Of a stretch of DNA of 64,000 bases, positions 20,668 through 29,641 are shown piece by piece. The first letter of the stretch is position 1. Every line of letters starts with the position of its first letter. A model generated the notes under the pieces. The model saw only the letters and a list, made by a program, of their open reading frames with translations. It did no database searches and was not told the DNA's origin. Location of the stretch: NCBI GenBank assembly GCA_000002445.1, contig CH464491.1, positions 4,032,001 to 4,096,000 on the forward strand. Reading direction: 5' to 3'. This stretch comes from Trypanosoma brucei (lineage: Eukaryota). The translations under genes and the position numbers were made by a program.

Positions 20668-22665
20668 TCAACAGGATGCCAGGTTGCTCCGACACGCAGT
20701 TACCGTAGCGTTTGCGTTAGAAGCGCTACGGCCACCGATATCCCTTGAAGAGCACTTGCCCTTATCATTTGCCTGGACCACGAAGAGGCGCGGATACAGT
20801 ACTCCAGTTTTCATGGCCATTCCTTTCCGCAATAACCCTGCTGACTGCTTGCGTGACCCCTCCAACACAACAGCATTCCATAGGAACCAACCTACACGAC
20901 ACTTGACAGCACATATGTCCTCCGCCGACTTGGGGAAGTAAGCGCTGCCTGCCTCAATAAAGCTTTCCGTGGTGGGGGCGTTTGAGCCACAGTCGCCACA
21001 GTCATGCAAGTTCCGAAAATGCGTGACAGTCCCCTGCTCCAATCGCTGAAGCTCCCATTGGACAGCGCTGGGGGTGCCTTGAGGGTAAACAGCATCCGTG
21101 AAGGTACACCTAACGAGAAGACGGTGGCGGAAATGGTCATGAGACCCAGCATCCTCGGCATCGTCTACTTTTTCTGACGGTTTGCTGCTGGCCACTGTGA
21201 TGTCTTTTCGCTGAACTGCGTTACCTCCCTCGTCCGTCCCACCGCCGCCATGCCCATCTCTCTGCTGTTCCTTCGGAAGTCCCTCATTGCACCTTTCTCC
21301 GCTGAGTTGATCACCGCGGTGCCACACCGTTTGTTTCTCTAGTTCGCATACCGTACGGGACAACAGCCGTTTTATTAGTTGTCCTCGCACGGGGGTCGCA
21401 CCCTTGTCTAACGTGGCGTTGATGGTTGGACTGAAGTACTCACCCCCAACAAACGCTCTCCAGATTCCGTAGGCCTCGTCCGCGGTGACTTTGTGCCAGT
21501 AAATAACGGCTGATTCTCTTTTCAGAAGAGGCGCATGCCACGGATCTTTTGTGAAGTGGAGGTCGTGCCCTTGCTTCCACGCCGCATTCCACAATGCATT
21601 GAATGTCCGTGGCCAATCACAGTAGCCACTGGCTACTGCTGGGCCGAGATGAAGACATCCTGGAGGTGAGCTGAGTGCAGGCGCAACAGGGACCTTACCA
21701 AATAGGCACTCGCAGAGCGCTTCCGCGCCCTGCTCAGTCACGCTGGGAAAGTACTCTCGGATGGTCATCTCCGGTGGTATTGGTATAGTTCGCTGAAGCA
21801 ACACATCTCCGCCATCCATAAACATCCCTCTCGGTGGAAGTTTGATAACGCTAACACCACCCTTGTCGTCCCCCCGAAGCAGCGGAGCAAAGATAGGACT
21901 TGCGCCACGATACCGCGGCAACAAAGAGGGATGCAAATTGACGGTGAATCTCAATTTCTCAAGTAGTTTGTTCGGCAGGAAGTACCGAAACGACACCACG
22001 ACTGCTACATCAAACATCTCCAGGGGTCGCCCCGCGATGTGATCGACTTGCGCCACACCGCTAATGACAGGCGTTGGCAAATGCTTGGGATGCAGCAGGT
22101 ATTCCAGTGTTTTACTTTTCGCCATAGACGTCGGGTGGTCAACAGGCACTAAGGGTATGCCGTGCTCTACACAGTATCGCGCCACGGGGTATTGACGCCT
22201 GTACTGTTTGAACACTGTGAAAGGATCGGCAGGAAGGAAGGGACAAACAACCACAAGTTGGGATTTCTCGCTACCGGTTGCCGCGCTGCACCCTTTTTCC
22301 TGAAGGGGACGAGCATCCATGATTAGCTGAAGGCGGTTGTGAAGAGCCTTCAAAGCTACTAGCGAGACAATATCACCACCGAAGAAAATGATGGAAGGGG
22401 GTTTGGACATTCCGCAAACAGTAAAAGCACAGTTCGGCGTACCCCTCGTTTTATCGCCATTGCCGGTGATCGTGACCTGCTCGACACATCCCACCATAGT
22501 GGAGGGGGCGGGTGGATCGGTGGTGCTGCTTCTCGATCGACGATTTACCAGAAAGGAAGAAATGTGGCTCCAGAAACAAGCTCTTGCCACACTATGTCCA
22601 CACCTCGATATGCACTGCCGCATGCGTGAAGGCACTGATCCGACGCCTGTTGCCGCCTTCCACAC
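20668..22665 (-). CDS. Methionyl-tRNA formyltransferase, enlarged kinetoplastid-type (probably mitochondrial).
   Basis: Formyltransferase core IIFFGGDIVSLVALKAL and NLHPSLLPRYRGASPIFAPLLRGD (bacterial Fmt has NVHASLLPRWRGAAPI). 665 aa against about 310 to 390 aa elsewhere. The exact start is uncertain. Confidence 0.7.
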   Translation of the reverse strand: MWKAATGVGSVPSRMRQCISRCGHSVARACFWSHISSFLVNRRSRSSTTDPPAPSTMVGCVEQVTITGNGDKTRGTPNCAFTVCGMSKPPSIIFFGGDIVSLVALKALHNRLQLIMDARPLQEKGCSAATGSEKSQLVVVCPFLPADPFTVFKQYRRQYPVARYCVEHGIPLVPVDHPTSMAKSKTLEYLLHPKHLPTPVISGVAQVDHIAGRPLEMFDVAVVVSFRYFLPNKLLEKLRFTVNLHPSLLPRYRGASPIFAPLLRGDDKGGVSVIKLPPRGMFMDGGDVLLQRTIPIPPEMTIREYFPSVTEQGAEALCECLFGKVPVAPALSSPPGCLHLGPAVASGYCDWPRTFNALWNAAWKQGHDLHFTKDPWHAPLLKRESAVIYWHKVTADEAYGIWRAFVGGEYFSPTINATLDKGATPVRGQLIKRLLSRTVCELEKQTVWHRGDQLSGERCNEGLPKEQQRDGHGGGGTDEGGNAVQRKDITVASSKPSEKVDDAEDAGSHDHFRHRLLVRCTFTDAVYPQGTPSAVQWELQRLEQGTVTHFRNLHDCGDCGSNAPTTESFIEAGSAYFPKSAEDICAVKCRVGWFLWNAVVLEGSRKQSAGLLRKGMAMKTGVLYPRLFVVQANDKGKCSSRDIGGRSASNANATVTACRSNLASC

Positions 22666-23024
22666 CTTTCTCGGTAGAATTCAGTAGTTAAAAAAACAGC
22701 GCACGGAATTAGGTGGAATTATCATGAAAGTGCGCCACAGCTGCACTGTTTTCCCTCTTCAGATAAGGCTGAAGTGTTGGCCAACCCCTACGCTATAACA
22801 ATAACAACATAAAGCAAGCGGAACGCATTAGGCGAAAAGGTGGTGGTGACCACATTCTCACATTTACCGAACAGCGAGCTTGCTAACAAAGATATAGGGC
22901 CGTCTCGGTTCCGGTGCAAGCGGGACACAACCCACCTTTCGATCACGGCCGCCCGCAGCGGCGATGGAAAAGTGGTTGGTCACTTTCCTACCCACATCAA
23001 CACGAGAAAATGAAATATGATTAC

Positions 23025-23110
23025 TTAATAATAATAATAATATAAAAATAATAATATAATAATATAATAATAATAACGACAATAATGATTGTAATAATTG
23101 TGGTAATAAA
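23025..23110. repeat. AT-rich (AAT/ATA)n low-complexity block.
   Basis: ttaataataataataatataaaaataataatataataatataataataataacgacaataatgattgtaataattgtggtaataa. Intergenic. Confidence 0.9.
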
Positions 23111-23235
23111 ATGAAAAGAGGTAGCACAAAATACTCCCTTCTTTGATAATTGAAAAACCTGGGTATGCACAAGAGCACACACCGACGCTCGCGTCCCGAC
23201 GCGAAGAAAGCGAACAGAGAAACAAAACGGAGTTA

Positions 23236-23865
23236 TTAAGCTTTTTCTTCGGCAGCACCGTCCCCCTCGTCCGCTTTGCCCTCGTTTTCTTCATCGGAAT
23301 CGTCTGCATCGGACAACTTGCCATCCTTCTTAGCCAACTCCCACCACGATGTCTCTTCAGCCTTTGCCAGTCGGATCACAATCTGCCCACTCGGGTCCTT
23401 GACTTTGTAGCTGCTTTCTTTGCTCTTTATTGCCTTTGCCAAACAAAGAACAAGTTGTTTCCTTCGCTGCGTTGCGACATCCTTCGAGGTCTGCACATTC
23501 GCAATGTACGACACTGTCAAACGGCGTTTTCCGAATTCCACCTGTAGCGTGTCTTCCACCATTGTTTCTTTTTCATCCAGTTTTGTGTCAATGTATACCG
23601 TAACATTCTTCTTACCGTCACACCAGCTGTGCTTCGTGATCGGATAACTTGCTGTGGAAGCTGGCAACACCGATGGGTCGGACTTCTTCAGCAAAACAGG
23701 TTTCGGCATAGGCGCAACATCGCCTACCTTCGCTCGTTCTTTCTCGTGGTTATGCCAGTAATAATAGGAGTTAGCTTGCTTCTTCTTAGCTGCGGAGTCG
23801 TGCTGCTCATTTTGGGTAGGTGGAATGGCTTCAGTGCCAGCCACTGCCTCCGTATCGGCCATCAC
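23236..23865 (-). CDS. CS-domain (p23/HSP20-like fold) co-chaperone-like protein, CacyBP/SIP- or Sgt1-like.
   Basis: 209 aa. ITKHSWCDGKKNVTVYIDT resembles the CS-domain start (YGWDQ...V.I.I). Acidic C-terminal tail SDADDSDEENEGKADEGD. Confidence 0.45.
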   Translation of the reverse strand: MMADTEAVAGTEAIPPTQNEQHDSAAKKKQANSYYYWHNHEKERAKVGDVAPMPKPVLLKKSDPSVLPASTASYPITKHSWCDGKKNVTVYIDTKLDEKETMVEDTLQVEFGKRRLTVSYIANVQTSKDVATQRRKQLVLCLAKAIKSKESSYKVKDPSGQIVIRLAKAEETSWWELAKKDGKLSDADDSDEENEGKADEGDGAAEEKA

Positions 23866-24136
23866 CTACTCAGATTACTTCTTAGACTTCACGCACACAA
23901 CAGCTATACTAAGTACGTTGAAGGTTGCAATGTAAAAGGTGAGGAACTCGGTTTAGAACAATATGATTAGAGAAATTAGGGGCAAAAACTCAACGGGTGT
24001 TCATGCAAACAAAATAACAATGATCATAATCGCAACGTAACACAACTCTCGTCCCGACGGCAAAACCTTAGCAACACCAGTGTGTGCAAAAACTGTTTAC
24101 CCCGCCCAATCACTCCAATTTGGGGAAACAGAAGCA

Positions 24137-26293
24137 CTACCAGTCATCCCACTCCTCCCCCTCATCATCAACTAGTATATCTGCCTTGGCTTTCACAATG
24201 CGTGATTTACCAACAACAGAGCCCGCATCCTGCCTATCAGAAGGAGCAGCTACACTCTCCAAGCGAGCAACAATACTAGGATTTTCGGAGTGGTCACTCT
24301 CGTCTTCATCAACGAAACTAACTGAGGTAGAAACTATATACTTTTGGTAGACAGTAAGATATTCATCTGCTTGCTTCCGGCAAACGATGCTCCTACAAAC
24401 TCCTTCCTCATGCTCAAGAACCGCAAAAAGCTTAGAAAAATGGGGTGAGTGCCCACAGCATGCTTCCTCCTCAGCTCTGAGACGTGCTTCCTCTTCAGCT
24501 CTGAGACGTGCTTCCTCCTCAGCTCTCAGACGTGCTTCCTCCTCAGCTCTGAGACGTGCTTCCTCTTCAGCTCTCAGACGTGCTTCCTCTTCAGCTCTCA
24601 GACGTGCTTCCTCTTCAGCTCTCAGACGTGCTTCCTCTTCAGCTCTCAGACGTGCTTCCTCTTCAGCTCTCAGACGTGCTTCCTCTTCAGCTCTCAGACG
24701 TGCTTCCTCTTCAGCTCTGAGACGTGCTTCCTCCTCAGCTCTGAGACGTGCTTCCTCTTCAGCTCTCAGACGTGCTTCCTCTTCAGCTCTCAGACGTGCT
24801 TCCTCCTCAGCTCTGAGACGTGCTTCCTCTTCAGCTCTGAGACGTGCTTCCTCTTCAGCTCTGAGACGTGCTTCCTCTTCAGCTCTCAGACGTGCTTCCT
24901 CTTCAGCTCTCAGACGTGCTTCCTCTTCAGCTCTGAGACGTGCTTCCTCTTCAGCTCTCAGACGTGCTTCCTCCTCAGCTCTGAGACGTGCTTCCTCTTC
25001 AGCTCTGAGACGTGCTTCCTCTTCAGCTCTCAGACGTGCTTCCTCTTCAGCTCTGAGACGTGCTTCCTCTTCAGCTCTGAGACGTGCTTCCTCCTCAGCT
25101 CTCAGACGTGCTTCCTCTTCAGCTCTCAGACGTGCTTCCTCTTCAGCTCTCAGACGTGCTTCCTCTTCAGCTCTCAGACGTGCTTCCTCTTCAGCTCTCA
25201 GACGTGCTTCCTCTTCAGCTCTGAGACGTGCTTCCTCCTCAGCTCTGAGACGTGCTTCCTCTTCAGCTCTCAGACGTGCTTCCTCTTCAGCTCTCAGACG
25301 TGCTTCCTCTTCAGCTCTCAGGTGTGTCTCTTCCTCGGAGTTATCTGACGTCTTGCAAATCCTAATAAGATGCTCTTTACCATCGTGTTGTCTCATTTTC
25401 CCTTTCTTAGCAGGTGTGTCACTTTCGTTAATTCGAGGATGGAGTTTGCCGCTGCTGGTGCTTATTTTATTTGTGCATTCATTTTGTACGTATTCTCCTG
25501 TGTGAACTCTGCTTTCCTGTGTGCATTGAGCGTGTAGCAAGCTACTGTTTTTGTTTCCTGTGGGTTGAGCCTCTGATCCTATAATGCGATGCTTCGCGGT
25601 CTTATCGTTATTCTGGTCGTGCTGATGTGCGAACTCGCTAGGGATGTCGTTGCCCACTTGGTTAATAAGGTCGTACTTTTCCTCTCTCAACAGCGTTCCA
25701 ATCTTTTTTACAGTTCCCATATCCGCTGTACATGTTTCCCAAATGCTGTTTATGCGCTGTTGAAGATGAACGATGTTCTCTACATTTATCAACCCAGGTT
25801 GCACTTTGTACTCCTCGAAGATCAATTCACACTTGCGGAGACGCTGATCCACGGCATCTTCCCACCAGGTGTAGACGCTGAGAAAGTCACTTGTATGCGT
25901 TATTTTTTCCTCTAGGCTTAATTGAAGGAGGAACTGCGCCTCTCCGTGGATACGTTTGGAAGTGAGAGTTATAAGACTGACAGACTCCGTAATGTATCGA
26001 AACAATTCTTCTGGTTCCAGAGATGTACGCTTTTCTTCCGCAAGACATAAAAGTGGTGGCGGTTTTTCATATTCGCCAGCCAGTTCGGCACTGCCAGCGC
26101 CAGAGTCGAGTACAACAGGGGATGATGTGAGTTTGTTCATCCAACCGACGACGTGCTCCTCGAGGAGGGAAAACCCCGAGCTCATTGCTGCACTTCGTTG
26201 CTGTTTCTGTTCAGGTGCAGCGGCGAGCTCGTCTCGCGTTGGGGCAACCGTGCGCCGAGCCGCGTTCTTTATGTCTATTAAAAAGTTCCACAT
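24137..26293 (-). CDS. Repeat protein with about 36 tandem EEEARLRA octads (candidate ER/K single alpha-helix spacer) flanked by unique N- and C-terminal domains.
   Basis: 718-aa ORF. The central part is (EEEARLRA)n encoded by a 24-bp repeat. About 330 aa of unique N-terminal sequence and about 100 aa of unique C-terminal sequence. Confidence 0.7.
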   Translation of the reverse strand: MWNFLIDIKNAARRTVAPTRDELAAAPEQKQQRSAAMSSGFSLLEEHVVGWMNKLTSSPVVLDSGAGSAELAGEYEKPPPLLCLAEEKRTSLEPEELFRYITESVSLITLTSKRIHGEAQFLLQLSLEEKITHTSDFLSVYTWWEDAVDQRLRKCELIFEEYKVQPGLINVENIVHLQQRINSIWETCTADMGTVKKIGTLLREEKYDLINQVGNDIPSEFAHQHDQNNDKTAKHRIIGSEAQPTGNKNSSLLHAQCTQESRVHTGEYVQNECTNKISTSSGKLHPRINESDTPAKKGKMRQHDGKEHLIRICKTSDNSEEETHLRAEEEARLRAEEEARLRAEEEARLRAEEEARLRAEEEARLRAEEEARLRAEEEARLRAEEEARLRAEEEARLRAEEEARLRAEEEARLRAEEEARLRAEEEARLRAEEEARLRAEEEARLRAEEEARLRAEEEARLRAEEEARLRAEEEARLRAEEEARLRAEEEARLRAEEEARLRAEEEARLRAEEEARLRAEEEARLRAEEEARLRAEEEARLRAEEEARLRAEEEARLRAEEEARLRAEEEARLRAEEEARLRAEEEARLRAEEEARLRAEEEARLRAEEEACCGHSPHFSKLFAVLEHEEGVCRSIVCRKQADEYLTVYQKYIVSTSVSFVDEDESDHSENPSIVARLESVAAPSDRQDAGSVVGKSRIVKAKADILVDDEGEEWDDW
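24455..25325. repeat. 24-bp tandem repeat (gcttcctcttcagctctcagacgt and variants), about 36 copies, coding.
   Basis: Visible periodicity. Units vary only at two positions (ctc/ctt and cag/gag on the plus strand). On the minus strand these are synonymous Leu (ctg/ctc) and Glu (gaa/gag) codon changes. The translated repeat is invariant. Confidence 0.9.
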
Positions 26294-26830
26294 GATATAG
26301 AAGTGACGGAAGGAAGTCTCGTGCTAGTGGACGACGGGTAATTTTCTCGTTCTCTAAGCAAACACGAATTCCCTGCCGTAGATGTACGCGAGCGCTCAGC
26401 CCACAACGTTGTGCGGGGAGCGTGTCTTCTTACCCTTTTTTTTTAGCAGAGGACCGAGGGAAAGGAGAGGGGGGGGGGCGAGAAAGCGAATAAAAATTGG
26501 GACAGTATGTGGAATTCATGAATGCTCATGTATACCCCAGAGCACGGAGAATGTAGAACATAGACAAGTGGTCTTTCCGTCTCTCCATCCGTTCGCGGAA
26601 TTTGATACAAATTGGCGTTAAGAATGTAACCTTCAGAAAAGGGTGGTGGTGGTGGTGGTGATGTAAGGAAAAAGCGGCCGCGAGCCCACGCGCTCCATTG
26701 AATTGGATAAACGATATGTGCGAGGCTACACGAAAGGGGAGCTAAAGGGAAACTAATAAAACAGCGACCGCACAACAACTTGTTGTGGAAATGAAAGATT
26801 GGTGGTCTTAAAAAGTTCTCACCACTGCGG

Positions 26831-27682
26831 TTAAGCCGGGTACATATTGTCCTTGAAAAACCCATCTGGTCTGTACAATGGATGAATACGCGTCCCACCA
26901 ACCATCGTACTGAATTTCCCCCATGGGAATTCCCCGGACGGTTGCTCTAGAGTTGTCGGCATAGGCGGACCCGTACGCAAGTGCGGCAGCGCGTAGTATC
27001 GCTCCATTGTTGTTGTTCTTAATATTCCTCGCTCGTGTGCTGCCTTCCTATAGGCTTTCTTTTTATTCTGTAGCACGATATCTTCCGCAAGCATTACGAC
27101 GTGCTGCAACAGGCCGTGTGGAACTACACCCATTTCCTCTTCTCCCCACTCCAACAGTTCCGACGTGGCATCGCAAGCCTGTTGAATAGTGCGCAGTCCC
27201 GTGCGCTCCTCCACCACTTTCAAGTGTCTTTCAATTTCCTTTCGCGACCACGCCCTACTTGTGTACTGATGAATGAAGGGAGCCATGAAGCTTAGCGGAA
27301 AGTGACTGGGTAGGCCGTACTCCTGTCCTACCTCCGCGTAGTAGTTCCAGAGAGGAACACCCTCATTCGCTCCCGTCACAGCAGCCGAAAATGTACGTCT
27401 GCAACTCAACTCCTGATGCTGCCGCACAGGGTCGTCATTCCAACGCGCCCACGGCCAATGACGGTATGCTCCGCGTCGTCGAAGCCGGTGGTACCATTCC
27501 ACTCCAGTACGCGGGTCCCACGTGTTGCCGTACTCATCAGGTGACTTGTTAGCGAGTGGTGAGCGGGCGTGGGCAAGTTTCGGTGGGAGGTACCAAGCGC
27601 GGTGTCGACGGTGGGCGTACACCATAACACGGTTCTCATAGCCCTTTGCACGAGACCCAAGGGCCGGAAAGGTCGGACGCAT
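26831..27682 (-). CDS. Hypothetical protein, 283 aa, Trp/Arg-rich.
   Basis: Minus-strand ORF co-oriented with the cluster. No recognisable domain. The overlapping out-of-frame ORF 27406..27984 is judged spurious. Confidence 0.4.
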   Translation of the reverse strand: MRPTFPALGSRAKGYENRVMVYAHRRHRAWYLPPKLAHARSPLANKSPDEYGNTWDPRTGVEWYHRLRRRGAYRHWPWARWNDDPVRQHQELSCRRTFSAAVTGANEGVPLWNYYAEVGQEYGLPSHFPLSFMAPFIHQYTSRAWSRKEIERHLKVVEERTGLRTIQQACDATSELLEWGEEEMGVVPHGLLQHVVMLAEDIVLQNKKKAYRKAAHERGILRTTTMERYYALPHLRTGPPMPTTLEQPSGEFPWGKFSTMVGGTRIHPLYRPDGFFKDNMYPA

Positions 27683-28398
27683 TGCGAAACTGCAATGATG
27701 CTTGCACTATTTACCCTGGCGTGTGGAAAGGTCCAGTTTATTGTATCAGCTGTTGCCACCCGCTGATTCGCTTGCAGTGCAAAAGACAGAACCACATTTA
27801 AGCAAGGAAACGAAAGGAAAGAAGTGATGTTTGAAGTGCAAAAGAGGATATGTTGGCCCGCGAAGGGCACTGCGATAAGATATGCACCACACATATATCT
27901 ATCCAGGTCCGCGTGCGGCCGTATGTCGCGTATCATCCCTTCACCAGGAAGGTTGAATAAAAGTTGATGCATATATTGGACCACATATTTGTTATTGTAA
28001 TTGCCGGTTTGGTAGCTGCATTAACAAGCCGATTCATAGAAAAAAAAACAAAAAAAGTTTTTTTTTTAAAAAAGTAAACCAATAGTGAACAAGACAGGGA
28101 GAAAAAAAAAGCTTCTTGCGGACGTAAGAGGGAAGTGGTTTAGCAACAAAAAAGCCCAAACTAGAATAGCTATGAAAAAAAATAATAATCAGTGAAACAA
28201 AGAAAGCTGACCATGAGAACCTCTTTTCTCTTTTGCCCACTTTTGTGAGACACAGAAGCAAAAAGGCAACGTTGTGACAAGGAAGCGCACCATCAGCAGC
28301 GCCACTGCAATAGATGCAAGGGTTCCATCCCAATGCTGACGCCTCTTCAGCTGCGTAACTGTAAAAATTGAAACGAATGAGGATGGATTAAAATACCT

Positions 28399-29268
28399 TC
28401 AACTCAGCTCGCGTTGCTCTGCACGCCACAAAGTACGGCGTGGAAGCCGCGGCCTGATTATCGTGAGATCACAAGAAATGGACGACGGCCGCGGAGTCGC
28501 TACAGCTGCCGCCGAAGGTCTGAAGGCAGCGGAATGCGCCTCCAGTTGCTCATCGTCGAAAGTGATAACCTTCCGCTTCCGCTTTCCCAATGTGTCATTC
28601 GCATCTTTGCCAACATTAAGCTCTACTCGAGCTGCAGAGACATGTCTCGGCTCTGGAACCGCACCCGCTGCTTCGTCGCCAGTGTTCGACACGGCGGCTT
28701 CAGCGCATTTGAAGTGAACAACAAACGAATGTCTGAACCCTTTCTTGGAGTCTCCCCATCCATCCCCAATGCTTGATGGGCTTTGGTTTTGCTCACAGCA
28801 CAGGTGGTGGTGTTTGATCGCTTCCTCAATTTTCCTTCTTAGGCTCAAGGCAGCGTCTCGGAGCTTCGCTGGGGATATAATTTCGTACGAGGACCGCACT
28901 GTTTTTTTCACGGCAGACACCGCTGGATGAGGCGGCAACTCCGAGCGAAGAATGTCTTCAATTTCTCGGGTTAACGCCTCCCGTGAGCTTGCAAGTGCTT
29001 CTACTGCACCAACACACCGGTGTCGCTGCTCCTCCAATGTGCTTTTCTTCACAGAAACCTCCCTTGAGGCTTCTTCATGCTGCTCCTGTAGCTCGCGCAT
29101 AGATTCCTGTGCTGTTTTTATCTCAACTTCCGCAGTGGCGATAAGAAGGCGAAGAGCCCTAATTTCTTCTTCCTCTGTGTTGGCCTTCAACTGCGCAGCG
29201 CAGAGCATGTCATAAATTCTCTCCACAGAATCAACTGAAGGGGAGGGGGACCGCTTGACCATACTCAC
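28399..29268 (-). CDS. Hypothetical coiled-coil protein, 289 aa.
   Basis: Charged, heptad-like segments (EEEIRALRLLIATAEVEIKTAQESMRELQEQHEEASREV). Co-oriented ORF. Confidence 0.45.
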   Translation of the reverse strand: MSMVKRSPSPSVDSVERIYDMLCAAQLKANTEEEEIRALRLLIATAEVEIKTAQESMRELQEQHEEASREVSVKKSTLEEQRHRCVGAVEALASSREALTREIEDILRSELPPHPAVSAVKKTVRSSYEIISPAKLRDAALSLRRKIEEAIKHHHLCCEQNQSPSSIGDGWGDSKKGFRHSFVVHFKCAEAAVSNTGDEAAGAVPEPRHVSAARVELNVGKDANDTLGKRKRKVITFDDEQLEAHSAAFRPSAAAVATPRPSSISCDLTIIRPRLPRRTLWRAEQRELS

Positions 29269-29641
29269 CTCCCTTTGCCTTGTGCAGTGACTTGCGTTTT
29301 GGTGACGATACGTACAAATGTAATAATACGATAAATGGTGCTGTAAAAATGGCAGAAAAAAAGAGAAAGTGGGGTTATGCTCATGTTAGTACTATACAGC
29401 GTCATCGGTCCGGGGGCAGAGTTGTATCAAAATAAAATTCTTGATACACCTTTTTGATGTCAAGTCAATTGTCAATGTCGCTTCCATCAAGAGTTACGCG
29501 CTTTCCTGCACCTTTCAAAACAAGCATCCACAATTCCGCCCACAGTTGTAGTTGACAAAGACGTGCGGGAGATGCTGGGAAGACAGCCACCCTAGATGAG
29601 CAAGGTAACAAATTACGCATTCCCCTCCCCCCCCTGTATAC

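Noticed and set aside
24387-25505. 372-aa and 299-aa plus-strand ORFs (ASSSALRR... and SETCFLFS... repeats).
   Set aside because: These are antisense or out-of-frame shadows of the 24-bp EEEARLRA repeat. They lack unique flanking domains and are not co-oriented with the transcription unit.
27406-27984. 192-aa minus-strand ORF overlapping the 283-aa gene out of frame.
   Set aside because: It overlaps 26831..27682 in another frame and extends into AT-rich spacer. The 283-aa frame has the more protein-like composition. Only one can be real, and neither can be proven by eye.
28034-28333. 99-aa ORF rich in Phe/Lys/Leu.
   Set aside because: It is generated by poly(A)/poly(T) tracts in the spacer (ttttttttaaaaaag...aaaaaaaaa), which is a low-complexity artefact.
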